A stretch of 64,000 bases of DNA from positions 1,184,001-1,248,000 of the forward strand of contig CAXXJJ010000001.1 in the NCBI GenBank assembly GCA_963667015.2, given 5' to 3'. Both the position numbers and the translations under genes were made by a program. Positions 40,235 to 50,904 of this stretch are shown in pieces. Below the pieces are notes generated by a model that did not search any database, was not told the origin of the DNA, and was given only the letters and a program-made list of their open reading frames with translations. This DNA is from Desulfatiglandales bacterium (GTDB lineage: Bacteria; Desulfobacterota; DSM-4660; Desulfatiglandales; HGW-15). Positions within the stretch are counted from its first letter, which is position 1. The number at the start of each line of letters is the position of its first letter.

Positions 40235-41290
40235 ATGGCAGATGTGAAAAAGAGTCCTAATGCCCTGAAAGTCATGCTGATCCTTGCATCCTTTGTAATA
40301 ATAACTGCAGGGATGAAGGCTGCCAGTGATATTCTGGTTCCATTTCTCTTTTCAATCTTTTTATCCATAATAACAAGCTCTCTTCTTTACTGGCTGAATA
40401 AAAAGAAGATACCCATGCTTGTTTCTCTGCTCATAGTAATCCTGTTCGTTCTTGGAGCAGTCTTTTTACTGGTACTCCTTTTTAAAAGCAGTATCAACGA
40501 TTTTACGCAGTCTCTCCCGCTTTATCAGGAAAAGCTGGGAAGTCTGATCGGGCTTTTGGCAAAAATCATCGGCAGTTATGGAATAAATTTTTCCGAAAAA
40601 CAGATTATGGAATATATAGACCCTGGCGCAGCAATGAGGTTTGTGTCATTGATACTGACAAATCTTAAAAGCCTGTTGAGCAATGCCTTTTTTATTATAC
40701 TCACCGTTATATTTATAATGTTTGAAGCTGCTTCAATGCCGGCTAAAATGAATTCGGCCCTAGATGGATCAAGGTTTACCTTCGCACATATTGAAGTATT
40801 GATGAAAGATATAAACCATTACATGGTCATAAAAACATTCATGAGTCTGGCAACAGGGCTTCTTGTTACATTATGGCTTTCAATTTTAAAAGTTGATTAT
40901 CCTTTTTTATGGGGTCTTCTTGCCTTTATATTTAATTTTGTTCCCAATATTGGCTCCATTATAGCGGCAATACCTGCCATACTCCTGGCCCTTGTTCAGG
41001 CTGGTTATGGAACAGCCGCTCTTACCGCCGGGGGGTATATTGTCTTCAATGTCGGGATAAGTAATTTTATCGAACCCAGGTTTATGGGGAGCGAACTTGG
41101 AATTTCAACACTTGTTGTATTTCTTTCTTTAATCTTCTGGGGTTGGGTTCTTGGTCCGCTTGGAATGGTTCTGGCCATACCCCTTACAATGACCATGAAG
41201 ATTGCACTTTCCTGTTCTGAAGAAACCGCCTGGATAAGTATATTGCTTGGGGCTGCTCCGCGTAAGAAACGGGGAAAAGTAAAAGACTAA
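40235..41290 (+). CDS. AI-2E family transporter
   Basis: NFVPNIGS, IEPRFMG, FWGWVLG, LAIPLT. Confidence 0.92.
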   Translation: MADVKKSPNALKVMLILASFVIITAGMKAASDILVPFLFSIFLSIITSSLLYWLNKKKIPMLVSLLIVILFVLGAVFLLVLLFKSSINDFTQSLPLYQEKLGSLIGLLAKIIGSYGINFSEKQIMEYIDPGAAMRFVSLILTNLKSLLSNAFFIILTVIFIMFEAASMPAKMNSALDGSRFTFAHIEVLMKDINHYMVIKTFMSLATGLLVTLWLSILKVDYPFLWGLLAFIFNFVPNIGSIIAAIPAILLALVQAGYGTAALTAGGYIVFNVGISNFIEPRFMGSELGISTLVVFLSLIFWGWVLGPLGMVLAIPLTMTMKIALSCSEETAWISILLGAAPRKKRGKVKD

Positions 41291-41484
41291 CTATTTCTTG
41301 ACTTAAAACCTGTTCGATAGATAATAGGCAAAATCAATTAGTTCTCCAGTATTTCCTGTCAATATATATCCATATGTTTTTGTATGTCGGCCATTAACAG
41401 GTGTAGAGTTTTAAAACCGGTTTTAATGTGTTTTTTAATGCTTTATTTGGGGGTGAACCATTTAATAAAGGAGGAAGGATTATT

Positions 41485-41841
41485 ATGAAAAAATTACTTT
41501 GTCTGGGTATGGTTTTCGGATTTATCTGTTTTTATTCATTTGCTTCCTTTGCCGCAGAATATAAAGTTGAGGAGGCTGTCAATCACATCGGTGAAAAGGC
41601 AACTGTATGCGGCAAGATTATTGACACTCTTGACTACCAGGGTATGACAATTCTTGGTATGGGCAAGGCAGTAATGGAAGCCGGTGCAGTAGGAATTGAA
41701 ATTCCTGAGGCGTTGAAAGAAAAACTTGATAAGGATCTTTATGTGGGAAAGGAGATCTGTGTAACCGGCGAATTACAAAAAAATCCGTCAAACGGGGCCT
41801 CCATAAAGGTGGATGACCCGTCACAGATCAAGGTCAAATAA
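41485..41841 (+). CDS. Secreted OB-fold-like hypothetical protein
   Basis: Signal peptide; EAVNHIGEKATVCG...GKEICVTG...VDDPSQIK. Confidence 0.7.
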   Translation: MKKLLCLGMVFGFICFYSFASFAAEYKVEEAVNHIGEKATVCGKIIDTLDYQGMTILGMGKAVMEAGAVGIEIPEALKEKLDKDLYVGKEICVTGELQKNPSNGASIKVDDPSQIKVK

Positions 41842-42012
41842 AAATTGTTTAAATCCCGGATCTGCCGGAGTTTCTTTGAAATCAGGGATACAGGGTCAGG
41901 GGGCAGGTGAAAAACCCTGCACCCTGGATTCCTTAGAGGTAATTGAGAAAAGAAGCAATAATTTATGCAAATAACCAATCGGTTAGCTGTATCCTGATGC
42001 CCCAATATCTAC

Positions 42013-42041
42013 TTGACTCAATCCCCTTTTTTTTCTATTCT
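42013..42041 (+). promoter_or_regulatory. sigma70 promoter of fdhA
   Basis: TTGACT-N17-TATTCT. Confidence 0.5.
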
Positions 42042-42095
42042 CCTTTGGTTAAAATTAATATTAGTAAATCGTACTATTTATGCCGGAGATTTTAG

Positions 42096-44876
42096 ATGAG
42101 TTCTGAAAACGCGATAAAGATTAATGGCAGGGAAGTCTCCTTTGAAAATGGCGAAACCATTCTCCAGACTGCCCGCAGGAACGGGATTGATATTCCTACA
42201 CTGTGTTACCTGAAGGGTACTGCTCCCACGGGCAGATGCAGGGTCTGTATTGTAGAAGTTGAAGGTTCTGATTCTCTTGTAACATCATGCTCTGAGCCTG
42301 CAGTTGCCGGGATGGTCATAAAAACAGAATCCCCCGGGGTTGTTGCCGAAAGACGAAAAAACCTTGAGCTGCTGGTCGCATCCGGAAGCCATAACTGTCT
42401 TGTTCAGGGGCTCGACACCGATTCCTGGACCGATTTTCAGCTGCAGACCCTGGAGCCGGAAGAGCACAAAACCCTGTGTCCGGCCTATGGCGATTGTGAA
42501 CTCCAGGATCTTGCCATCAGGTACAGGGTAAAGGGCAAAACATTCCCCGTTGATAAATCAAAACTGCCGGTTGAAAATGTGAATCCCTTTATAGTAAGGG
42601 ATCTTTCCCGCTGCATCCTCTGCGGCAGGTGTGTGCAGGCATGTAATGATATCCAGGTGAATAATGCCATAGAAATAGGCGGCAGTGAATCCGAAGAAAA
42701 GATAGTTACAAAGGGAGAAAAGGGTGACCGGCCTCTCAAGGATTCGGACTGCGTATTCTGCGGTGAATGCGTCCAGGCCTGTCCGGTTGGTGCCCTCATC
42801 ACAAAAGAGGAGTTCCTCTCAAACGGCCTGGATCATGATGTGAAAAAAGTCCGCACAACATGTTCATACTGCGGAGTCGGATGCCAGCTTTATCTCCACG
42901 TCAAGGATAACAGGGTTATAAGGGTAACAGGGGTAGAGGATGTAAAACCGAACTCCGGGAGCCTCTGTGTAAAGGGAAGATTCGGCTATGATTTTGTAAA
43001 TGATCCGGGTCGTCTGAAAACCCCTCTTATAAAAGAGAATGGAAAATTCAGGGAGGCAAGCTGGGAAGAGGCCCTTGATCTTGTTGCAGAAAAACTGGGA
43101 TCTATCAAGAAATCATCCGGCCCGAATTCAATAGCTACACTTTGCAGCGCCAGAATTACAAATGAAGAAAATTATCTCGCCCAGAAATTTACCAGGGCGG
43201 TTATTGGTACAAACAGTGTAGACCACTGCGCGCGACTCTGACACAGTTCCACAGTGGCCGGGCTGGCCGCAGCATTCGGAAGTGGCGCAATGACCAATCC
43301 CATAGAGGATATTGAAAAGGCAAACGTGATCCTTATTACCGGGTCGAACACGACAGAGAACCATCCGGTTCTTTCTACCTATGTAAAGAGGGCTGTCAAG
43401 TTCAACGGCGCAAAGCTGATAGTTGTTGATCCAAGGAAGATTCCTGTTACAAGATATGCCGACATCTGGATCAGGCAGAATCTTGGAACGGATGTTATCT
43501 GGATCAACGGCATGATGCATGTCATTATCAAGGAAAACCTCTATGATGAAAAGTATGTAACCGAAAGAACAGTTGGCCTGGATGAATTGAAGGCGACCGT
43601 TGAAAAATATACTCCTGAATATGTAGAGAGCCTGACAGGTATCCCAAAGGATCAGCTGGTTGAGGCGGCAAGGCTTTTTGCCGGCGCAAAGGCCGCATCC
43701 ATACTCTATGCAATGGGAATAACCCAGCATATTACCGGTACAGACAATGTGAAATCACTGGCAAATCTTGCCATGCTGTGCGGTAACGTTGGTGTTGAAG
43801 GAGGAGGTGTAAACCCTCTCAGGGGCCAGAACAATGTTCAGGGCGCCTGTGACATGGGAGGTCTCCCCAACGTATATACCGGATACCAACCTGTAACTGA
43901 TAAAGGTGCAAGGGAACGCATGGAAAAGGCATGGGGAGTTGAAGGGCTTCCTGCCGAGGTAGGTCTTACTGCAACTATAATGATGGAAAAGGCTCACGAA
44001 GGAGAATTAAAGGCCCTGTATATCATCGGTGAAAATCCCATGATATCCGATCCGAATCTGAGCCATGCTAAAAAGAGTCTTGAAAATCTGGAGTTCCTGG
44101 TTGTTCAGGACATCTTTATGACAGAAACTGCAGAACTGGCTGATGTGGTCCTTCCCACTGCCTCATTTGCTGAAAAGAACGGTACATTTGTAAATACCGA
44201 ACGCAAGGTCCAGAGGGTTCGCAAGGCTATTGATCCTCCGGGACAGGCAAAGGACGACTGGGCAATAATCTGTGAGATATCCCGAAGGATGGGATATCCG
44301 ATGGAATATAATAATCCCGAAGAGATCATGACCGAAATATCCGAAGTAACACCTTCCTACTGCGGCATCAGTTACGGCCGTATCGAGGACGACGGTATAC
44401 ACTGGCCGTGTCCTAACAGTGATCACCCGGGTACACCATGCCTGCATGTGGATAAGTTTTCATGCGGACTGGGCGTCTTTCATGCCATTGATTACCTTCC
44501 TCCGGCAGAGATGGTGGATGATAAGTATCCCATGTATCTGACAACCGGAAGGGTTCTCTATCAGTATCATACCGGGACCATGACAATGAAATCGGAAGGC
44601 CTGAATGAACTGGCTCCGAGAAGTTTTGTGGAGATATCAGGCGAGGATGCTCAATCCTACAATATATCAGATGGTGATTTATTGAAGATTGCATCGAGAA
44701 GAGGTGAAATAGAAGCGGAAGCAAGAATATCCGACAAGGCAGTAGCAGGCACTGTGTTTATTCCCTTCCACTACGCCAAGGGAGCGGCCAATATGCTGAC
44801 AAACGCCGCCCTTGACCCGGTGGCGAAAATACCTGAATACAAGGTATGCGCTGTGAGCCTTTCGAAGTTAAGTTGA
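42096..44876 (+). CDS. fdhA: Selenocysteine-containing formate dehydrogenase alpha subunit (Mo/W-bisPGD) with NuoG-like Fe-S N-terminus
   Basis: Two ORFs in the same frame joined by TGA at 43239-43241 in DHCARL-U-HSSTVAGL; CSYCGVGC, RGQNNVQG. Confidence 0.95.
43242..43280 (+). promoter_or_regulatory. Bacterial SECIS-like hairpin
   Basis: GTGGCC-GGGCT-GGCCGC stem-loop starting 12 nt after the in-frame TGA. Confidence 0.7.
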
Positions 44877-44903
44877 AATAAAAATAACATATAAAAATGA
44901 AAG

Positions 44904-44930
44904 AACCGGGCGCATCAAGCCCGGTTTTTT
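44904..44930 (+). terminator. Rho-independent terminator after fdhA
   Basis: AACCGGGC-GCATCAA-GCCCGGTT followed by a T tract. Confidence 0.8.
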
Positions 44931-45038
44931 ATTTTGGAAATTGTTGATTTTAATATTAAATTTTTGATTTTTTTTTAACGATGGGTTAATTTAACACCTT
45001 TATTTCTAAAAGAAACATTCGCATAAGGAGATGAGCAA

Positions 45039-46205
45039 ATGTTTGATTTCGCACGAATGACCAGACTGCCGCCCTATGTCTTTGCTGAGGTAAATGAACT
45101 GAAGATGCAGCTCAGGCACAAGGGTGAAGATATTATCGATCTTGGAATGGGGAATCCTGATATCCCTACACCTAAACATATAGTAAACAAACTGGTTGAG
45201 GCCGCCAAAAAGGGTCACAATCACCGCTATTCCGCATCTGCCGGTATCCCCAAATTAAGGCTCGCAATCTCGGACTGGTACAAGCGGCGGTATAATGTAA
45301 TTATTGATCCGGACCAGGAAGCCATTGCCACAATGGGCGCAAAGGAAGGGCTTGCCCATCTGATACTGGCAACCATAAGTCCGGGTGATGTTGTTTTTGC
45401 ACCAAACCCGACATACCCGATTCACCCCTACTCAGTAATAATTGCCGGCGGTGATCTCAGGAGCATACCCATAGGGCCGGGCAGGGATTTTTTTGAGGAC
45501 CTTACAAATGCCGCAAAGCAGACATGGCCGAATCCTAAAATGCTTATCATATCTTATCCCCATAACCCGACTACCGAGGTTGTTGATAAAGCCTTTTTCC
45601 GTAAAATTGTAAAGTTTTGCAGTGAACGGGATATGATTGTTGTTCATGACCTGGCATATGCTGATCTTGTTTTTGACGGCTATGAGGCCCCCAGTTTTCT
45701 TCAGGTCCCGGGGGCAAAGAAGATTGGTGTTGAATTCTTCAGCCTCTCAAAGAGTTATTCCATGCCCGGCTGGAGAGTCGGATTTTGTGTGGGCAATAAA
45801 AAGATAATTGCCGCCCTCAAGCGAATTAAGAGCTACCTTGATTACGGGATGTTTCAGCCAATTCAGATCGCATCAATCATCGCTCTTAACGGGCCGGATG
45901 ATTGCGTCAAAGATATTGTAAATATCTACAAAGAACGAAGAGATTCGCTGATTGACGGCCTTGACCGTGTAGGCTGGCATATTGAAAAACCCAGGGCCAC
46001 GATGTTCGTGTGGGCAAGGATTCCTGAACAGTACAGAAAGATGGGGTCTGTGGAGTTCTCAAAGATGCTCATTAAAAAGGCGAAGGTTGCTGTTTCCCCC
46101 GGAAGAGGGTTTGGTGAATATGGCGATGAGTATGTAAGATTCGCGCTGGTTGAAAATCCGCAACGGACAAGGCAGGCCATCAGGGGAATAAAACAGGTTC
46201 TTTAA
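45039..46205 (+). CDS. alaC: Class I/II PLP aminotransferase (AlaC-like)
   Basis: [34 protein letters not shown]; upstream of hom. Confidence 0.85.
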   Translation: MFDFARMTRLPPYVFAEVNELKMQLRHKGEDIIDLGMGNPDIPTPKHIVNKLVEAAKKGHNHRYSASAGIPKLRLAISDWYKRRYNVIIDPDQEAIATMGAKEGLAHLILATISPGDVVFAPNPTYPIHPYSVIIAGGDLRSIPIGPGRDFFEDLTNAAKQTWPNPKMLIISYPHNPTTEVVDKAFFRKIVKFCSERDMIVVHDLAYADLVFDGYEAPSFLQVPGAKKIGVEFFSLSKSYSMPGWRVGFCVGNKKIIAALKRIKSYLDYGMFQPIQIASIIALNGPDDCVKDIVNIYKERRDSLIDGLDRVGWHIEKPRATMFVWARIPEQYRKMGSVEFSKMLIKKAKVAVSPGRGFGEYGDEYVRFALVENPQRTRQAIRGIKQVL

Positions 46206-46242
46206 TAATTAAATTGAGTTTTCCTATTCAGGGAGATAAAAA

Positions 46243-47544
46243 ATGAAGCAGGTTAATGTTGGTATTATAGGGTTCGGGACAGTAGGCGCCGGAACCGCGG
46301 AGATTCTACTCAATAACAGGGAAATAATAGGAAAAAGGGTTGGCCTTGATATAGTCTTAAGGAGAGTTGCTGACCTTGACCTTGAAACCGACCGTGGCGT
46401 CAAACTGCCTGAAGGCGTTCTTACGAACGATACCGTCGCGTTATTGAATGATCCTGATATTGATATTGTTGTTGAACTTATAGGCGGACTTACAATAGCA
46501 AAGCAGTTTATCAGCACTGCATTGAATAATGGCAAGCATGTGGTGACGGCCAATAAGGCGCTCCTTGCAGAACTGGGAAGTGAGTTGTTCGATATCGCTT
46601 CCCAAAAAGGAGTAAACCTTGCCTACGAAGCCGCTGTGGGCGGCGGTATGCCAGTTGTCGGCGCCATCAGGGACGGGCTTGCCGCAAATAATACCACAAC
46701 CATTATTGGTATATTAAATGGAACTTCCAATTATATCCTGACCCGAATGGCAAAGGACGGTCTTCCATATGAGGATGCTGTGAACGGAGCCATTAAACTC
46801 GGTTATGCGGAAGATCCTCCTACGCTCGATGTAGACGGGACCGATGCGGCCCATAAACTTGCCATACTTATTTCCCTGACATATGGTGTGCCGGCTCCCT
46901 TTGAGAGTATCTACAGGGAAGGCATAGATAAATTGACCCAGGAAGATATTCAGTTTGCTGATGAATTCGGATACTGCATAAAGCTTCTAACAGTAGCAAG
47001 GGACCTGGGTGATGAAGTTGAAGCAAGGGTGCATCCGGCGATGCTCCCCAAGGGGCATATCCTTTCCAACGTAAATGAGGCCTTTAATGCAGTATTTATC
47101 GAAGGCGATTATGTTGGGCCAACCCTTTACTACGGCCAGGGTGCGGGAAGAAAACCGACAGGCAGTGCCGTTGTGTCCGATATAATGGCTATTGCCAGGA
47201 AGATAAAGTGTGGATCGGATAAAGAAGTCAGTCCACTTGGTTTTGCCGACTCAATCGGTCAGGAGATAAAAATCCAGTCCATGAAGAGCCTGAAAACAGC
47301 CTATTATTTCAGGTTTTCAGCGCTTGATAAACCGGGAGTGCTTTCAAAGATAGCGGGAATCCTGGGGGAAAAGAATATAAGTATCTCATCGGTTATCCAG
47401 AAGGGAAGGGATACGGACGGGGCTGTTCCCATTGTTATGCTGACCCATGAGGCCGTTGAACAGGATGTAATAGAAGCCCTGGAGATAATAGATAAGCTTG
47501 ATGTGCTTAAGGATAAGACAATGATGATTCGGGTAATGGGATAA
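46243..47544 (+). CDS. hom: Homoserine dehydrogenase with ACT domain
   Basis: GFGTVG, VTANKA, EAAVGGG.P, NGTSNYIL, DKPGVLS. Confidence 0.95.
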   Translation: MKQVNVGIIGFGTVGAGTAEILLNNREIIGKRVGLDIVLRRVADLDLETDRGVKLPEGVLTNDTVALLNDPDIDIVVELIGGLTIAKQFISTALNNGKHVVTANKALLAELGSELFDIASQKGVNLAYEAAVGGGMPVVGAIRDGLAANNTTTIIGILNGTSNYILTRMAKDGLPYEDAVNGAIKLGYAEDPPTLDVDGTDAAHKLAILISLTYGVPAPFESIYREGIDKLTQEDIQFADEFGYCIKLLTVARDLGDEVEARVHPAMLPKGHILSNVNEAFNAVFIEGDYVGPTLYYGQGAGRKPTGSAVVSDIMAIARKIKCGSDKEVSPLGFADSIGQEIKIQSMKSLKTAYYFRFSALDKPGVLSKIAGILGEKNISISSVIQKGRDTDGAVPIVMLTHEAVEQDVIEALEIIDKLDVLKDKTMMIRVMG

Positions 47545-47661
47545 AAGCGCGGTTTGCGGTTTACTGTCTGCGGTGAAAGCTTTTACCTTATACCTCATAC
47601 CGTAAACCTTATACCAGTATATATAATCCAGAATAGATAAAAGGAAGTAATATAAAACATT

Positions 47662-48876
47662 ATGACTAATAATAGAACCAAGTACCTTGTCCTCGTCGGT
47701 GACGGGATGGCCGATTATCCCCTTGATGAGCTTGGCGGTAGAACCCCTCTTGAAGCGGCCAATACCCCCAACATGGACCTTATTGCCTCATGCCGTATAG
47801 GTTGTGTAAGGACAATACCTGACGGTATGGAACCGGGGAGTGACGTGGCAAACCTTGCCCTCATGGGCTATGATCCAAAGGAATATCATACCGGCAGGTC
47901 ACCCCTTGAGGCAGCCAGCATGGGTGTTAAACTGGAGGAGAACGATGTTGCCTTCAGGATGAATCTGGTTACCCTGGATAGGAAATCCTACAATGAAATC
48001 ATTATGGTCAGCCACAGTTCAGGTGATATAACAACAGAAGAATCATGTGAAATCATTGATAACCTTAAAAACTTTCTTCAGATACAGGGTACAAAAATTT
48101 ACACGGGTGTTGCATACAGGCACCTTCTGGTCTGGAAAAACGGACCTGAAAAAGCCCATACCATTCCTCCCCACGATGTGCTTGACCGGAATATGGCTGA
48201 ATATCTGCATGACCTGAGTAATCCGGTTGTCGAAATGATTCAGGATTCCTGGGAAGTTCTGGAATACCACCCTGTAAACACAAAAAGAAAAAGATCTCTT
48301 TTAAAGGAGGCAAACTCCATATGGCTCTGGGGACAGGGAAAGGCACCTGCTATTCCATTGTTTAAAGATCTATACGGCCTGGATGGAGGAGTCATTTCTG
48401 CAGTTGATCTCATTAAAGGTATTGGGAAATATGCCGGTTTTACTTCCATTCATGTTGATGGAGCTACAGGATACCTGGATACAAATTACAGGGGCAAAGC
48501 CGAAGGTGCGGTCAATGGATTGAATGATATGGATTTTGTTTTTGTACATGTCGAGGCACCTGATGAGGCAGGGCATAATGGAAATTATAAGGAAAAGATA
48601 CAGGCAATTGAAGCCTTTGACAGAGAAGTTGTGGGAGTCGCACTTGACGGCCTGAAAAAATTTGATGATTACAGGGTTATGGTTGTGAGCGATCATTACA
48701 CCCCGATTGTCAAAAAAACCCACACAAGTGAACCTGCTCCATTTGCATGGGCAAGCAGGGCCGAGCTTGAAGCCGCAGAAAAGGTCAAGGGATTTACAGA
48801 AAAATATGCTGTAGAAAGCGACCTGCTGATAGATCCGGGTCATGAACTGATGAAAGAATTTTTAGGTGTGAAATGA
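47662..48876 (+). CDS. apgM: Cofactor-independent phosphoglycerate mutase family (ApgM, proposed homoserine kinase)
   Basis: GDGMAD, GSDVAN, HVEAPDEAGH, SDHYTP. Confidence 0.88.
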   Translation: MTNNRTKYLVLVGDGMADYPLDELGGRTPLEAANTPNMDLIASCRIGCVRTIPDGMEPGSDVANLALMGYDPKEYHTGRSPLEAASMGVKLEENDVAFRMNLVTLDRKSYNEIIMVSHSSGDITTEESCEIIDNLKNFLQIQGTKIYTGVAYRHLLVWKNGPEKAHTIPPHDVLDRNMAEYLHDLSNPVVEMIQDSWEVLEYHPVNTKRKRSLLKEANSIWLWGQGKAPAIPLFKDLYGLDGGVISAVDLIKGIGKYAGFTSIHVDGATGYLDTNYRGKAEGAVNGLNDMDFVFVHVEAPDEAGHNGNYKEKIQAIEAFDREVVGVALDGLKKFDDYRVMVVSDHYTPIVKKTHTSEPAPFAWASRAELEAAEKVKGFTEKYAVESDLLIDPGHELMKEFLGVK

Positions 48877-49670
48877 AAAAAGTCCTGACAATTGCCGGCT
48901 CTGACAGTGGCGGAGGAGCAGGCATTCAGGCAGATCTTAAGACCTTTACCGCATTCGGTGTTTTCGGAACCTCTGCCATAACCGCCCTGACAGCACAGAA
49001 TACAGTTGGTGTCCAGGGCATTTCAGAAGTCGATCCTGAGTTTGTAAAAAAACAGATAACAAGTGTGCTGGATGATATAGGTACAGACGCGGTCAAGACC
49101 GGTATGCTGGCAAGCCCTGAAATAGTAAGGGTTGTGGCAGGCACCCTGAGTGATTATAATATTAAAAACATTGTTGTTGATCCAGTCATGATCGCAAAGA
49201 GCGGTGATTCATTGCTGTCAGAGGATGCAGGTAAATGCGTCATTCAGGACCTCATACCTCTGGCCGCAGTTGTAACACCCAATATCCATGAAGCGGAGGC
49301 AATGCTTGATATCCGGATAAACAGTATTGATGATATGAAAAATGCTGGTGCTATGATCAGAGATATGGGGTGTGACTGGGTTGTAATCAAGGGCGGCCAT
49401 ATTAAAAATGAGAAAATGGCGACCGATATTGTATATAATGGTAATGAGTATTTCCTGCTCAGTGAAGAAAGGTATGATACAAAGAATAGTCATGGAACAG
49501 GCTGCACCTTTTCATCAGCAATAGCGGCAGGTATTGCAAAGGGGTATCCTGTGCTTAAAGCCATTCAACAGGCAAAGGCATTTATTACAATGGCCATTAA
49601 AGAGAGTTTTGCCATCGGGGCAGGGCATGGCCCGACCAATCATTTTACAGGTATGAAGACAGGATGGTGA
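48873..49670 (+). CDS. thiD: Hydroxymethylpyrimidine/phosphomethylpyrimidine kinase
   Basis: IAGSDSGGGAGIQADLK, VDPVM, HGTGCTFS. Confidence 0.95.
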   Translation: MKKVLTIAGSDSGGGAGIQADLKTFTAFGVFGTSAITALTAQNTVGVQGISEVDPEFVKKQITSVLDDIGTDAVKTGMLASPEIVRVVAGTLSDYNIKNIVVDPVMIAKSGDSLLSEDAGKCVIQDLIPLAAVVTPNIHEAEAMLDIRINSIDDMKNAGAMIRDMGCDWVVIKGGHIKNEKMATDIVYNGNEYFLLSEERYDTKNSHGTGCTFSSAIAAGIAKGYPVLKAIQQAKAFITMAIKESFAIGAGHGPTNHFTGMKTGW

Positions 49671-49671
49671 T

Positions 49672-50145
49672 ATGATCATTTCATTAATGGCGGCAAAGTC
49701 GGATAATAATGTAATCGGCAACAACGCGGATATTCCCTGGAAGGCAGAAGGCGAGCAGTTCCTTTTCAAGGCCATGACATACAACCACTGGCTGCTTGTC
49801 GGAAGAAAAACATACGAGGCAATGGGTAAGCTTCCAAACAGGAAATACGCCGTTGTATCGAGCTCTCTTGAAGAAAAAACAGGCGGAGATGTCTGTTTTT
49901 TTAAGTCAATTGATGCAGCACTGGAATATCTGTCAGCTATAACAGATCTTGTGGTTGTCTCCGGTGGCGGGCAGATTTATGCTGAAACCATTTCCATGGT
50001 TGATGTGATTCATCTGTCTGTTATTCACTGCAGGGCAGAAGGCAATGTGTTCTTTCCTGAGATTCCAGAAGATTTTAAAATGGTTTTTTCCCAGGATTTT
50101 CGATCAAACATAGATTATACATATCAGATATGGACAAAGGCCTGA
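49672..50145 (+). CDS. dfrA: Dihydrofolate reductase resembling the DfrA1 family
   Basis: DIPW.A.GEQ.LFKA.TYN.WLLVGRKT.E.MG.LPNRKYAVV; SGGG; SNIDYTYQIW; 157 aa. Confidence 0.85.
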   Translation: MIISLMAAKSDNNVIGNNADIPWKAEGEQFLFKAMTYNHWLLVGRKTYEAMGKLPNRKYAVVSSSLEEKTGGDVCFFKSIDAALEYLSAITDLVVVSGGGQIYAETISMVDVIHLSVIHCRAEGNVFFPEIPEDFKMVFSQDFRSNIDYTYQIWTKA

Positions 50146-50172
50146 TATAAATCAGATCTAAGGAGAAACAGA

Positions 50173-50778
50173 ATGAAAATTCTTGCAGTATCATGCAGTC
50201 CCAGAAAAAAAGGTTCTACTGTGGAGATCCTTGAAGAGGTTCTCACTGGAGCCAGTGAAGAGGGATCAGATACAGAGCTGTACAGTGTCTCGGGTAAAAC
50301 ACTTAACGGATGTAATTCATGCTACGCATGTGGTGAAAAGGGTAAGTGTGTTCAAAATGATGATATGGATGAACTCTATTCAAAGATGGTTGAGGCGGAT
50401 GGTATAGTCTTTGGAACGCCTATATATTATTACGGCATGACATCCCAGGCAAAGGCAATAGTCGACCGTACGTTTTCATTGAATACACCGGAGACCAGCC
50501 TGAAAAATAAGGTCGGTGGTATTGTGACAGTGGCAGGTAGCCTGGGAATGATAGACGCCATAAAGGATTTTTATTTTCTCTTTGCAGTAAAACAGATGCT
50601 CCCGGCCAGTTATGTTGCCATGTATTCGGGAGCGGTTCATGATCTTCAAAAGCTTGAAAAGGGCATGAAGGCGGCAAGGGACCTTGGAAGACAGATGGTT
50701 AAACTTGCAGATAAAAAATTTGAATACCCGGAAGAATTTCCGCCAAGACCCTTTGCCTTTGGCACTCACACACATTGA
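50173..50778 (+). CDS. Flavodoxin-like iron-sulfur flavoprotein
   Basis: SPRKKGST, CNSCYAC.....C, GTPIYY. Confidence 0.88.
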   Translation: MKILAVSCSPRKKGSTVEILEEVLTGASEEGSDTELYSVSGKTLNGCNSCYACGEKGKCVQNDDMDELYSKMVEADGIVFGTPIYYYGMTSQAKAIVDRTFSLNTPETSLKNKVGGIVTVAGSLGMIDAIKDFYFLFAVKQMLPASYVAMYSGAVHDLQKLEKGMKAARDLGRQMVKLADKKFEYPEEFPPRPFAFGTHTH

Positions 50779-50784
50779 TAAGAT

Positions 50785-50866
50785 CAGGCTGAAGGGGATT
50801 AAGCTGTAGACTGTCAGGGTTTTGTTTTTCCTTCAGCCCTTAGTCTAAAATGCTTTAGCCTGTTTT
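50785..50866. repeat. Dispersed CAGGCTGAAG...CTTCAGCCTG-type stem-loop repeat, copy 1
   Basis: Similar to 51413-51500 and 52925-53045. Confidence 0.6.
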
Positions 50867-50904
50867 CTCAGCCAGTTTTTAAGATTTTGAAAAGGATTTT
50901 ATAT

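Noticed and set aside
41881..41998. Alternative-pairing structure upstream of fdhA as a Moco/Wco riboswitch
   Set aside because: I cannot match riboswitch consensus, and a sigma70 promoter lies downstream of it; an Rfam scan would settle it
43239..43241. Nonsense mutation in fdhA
   Set aside because: The TGA is at the conserved Cys/Sec ligand position and is followed by a SECIS-like hairpin
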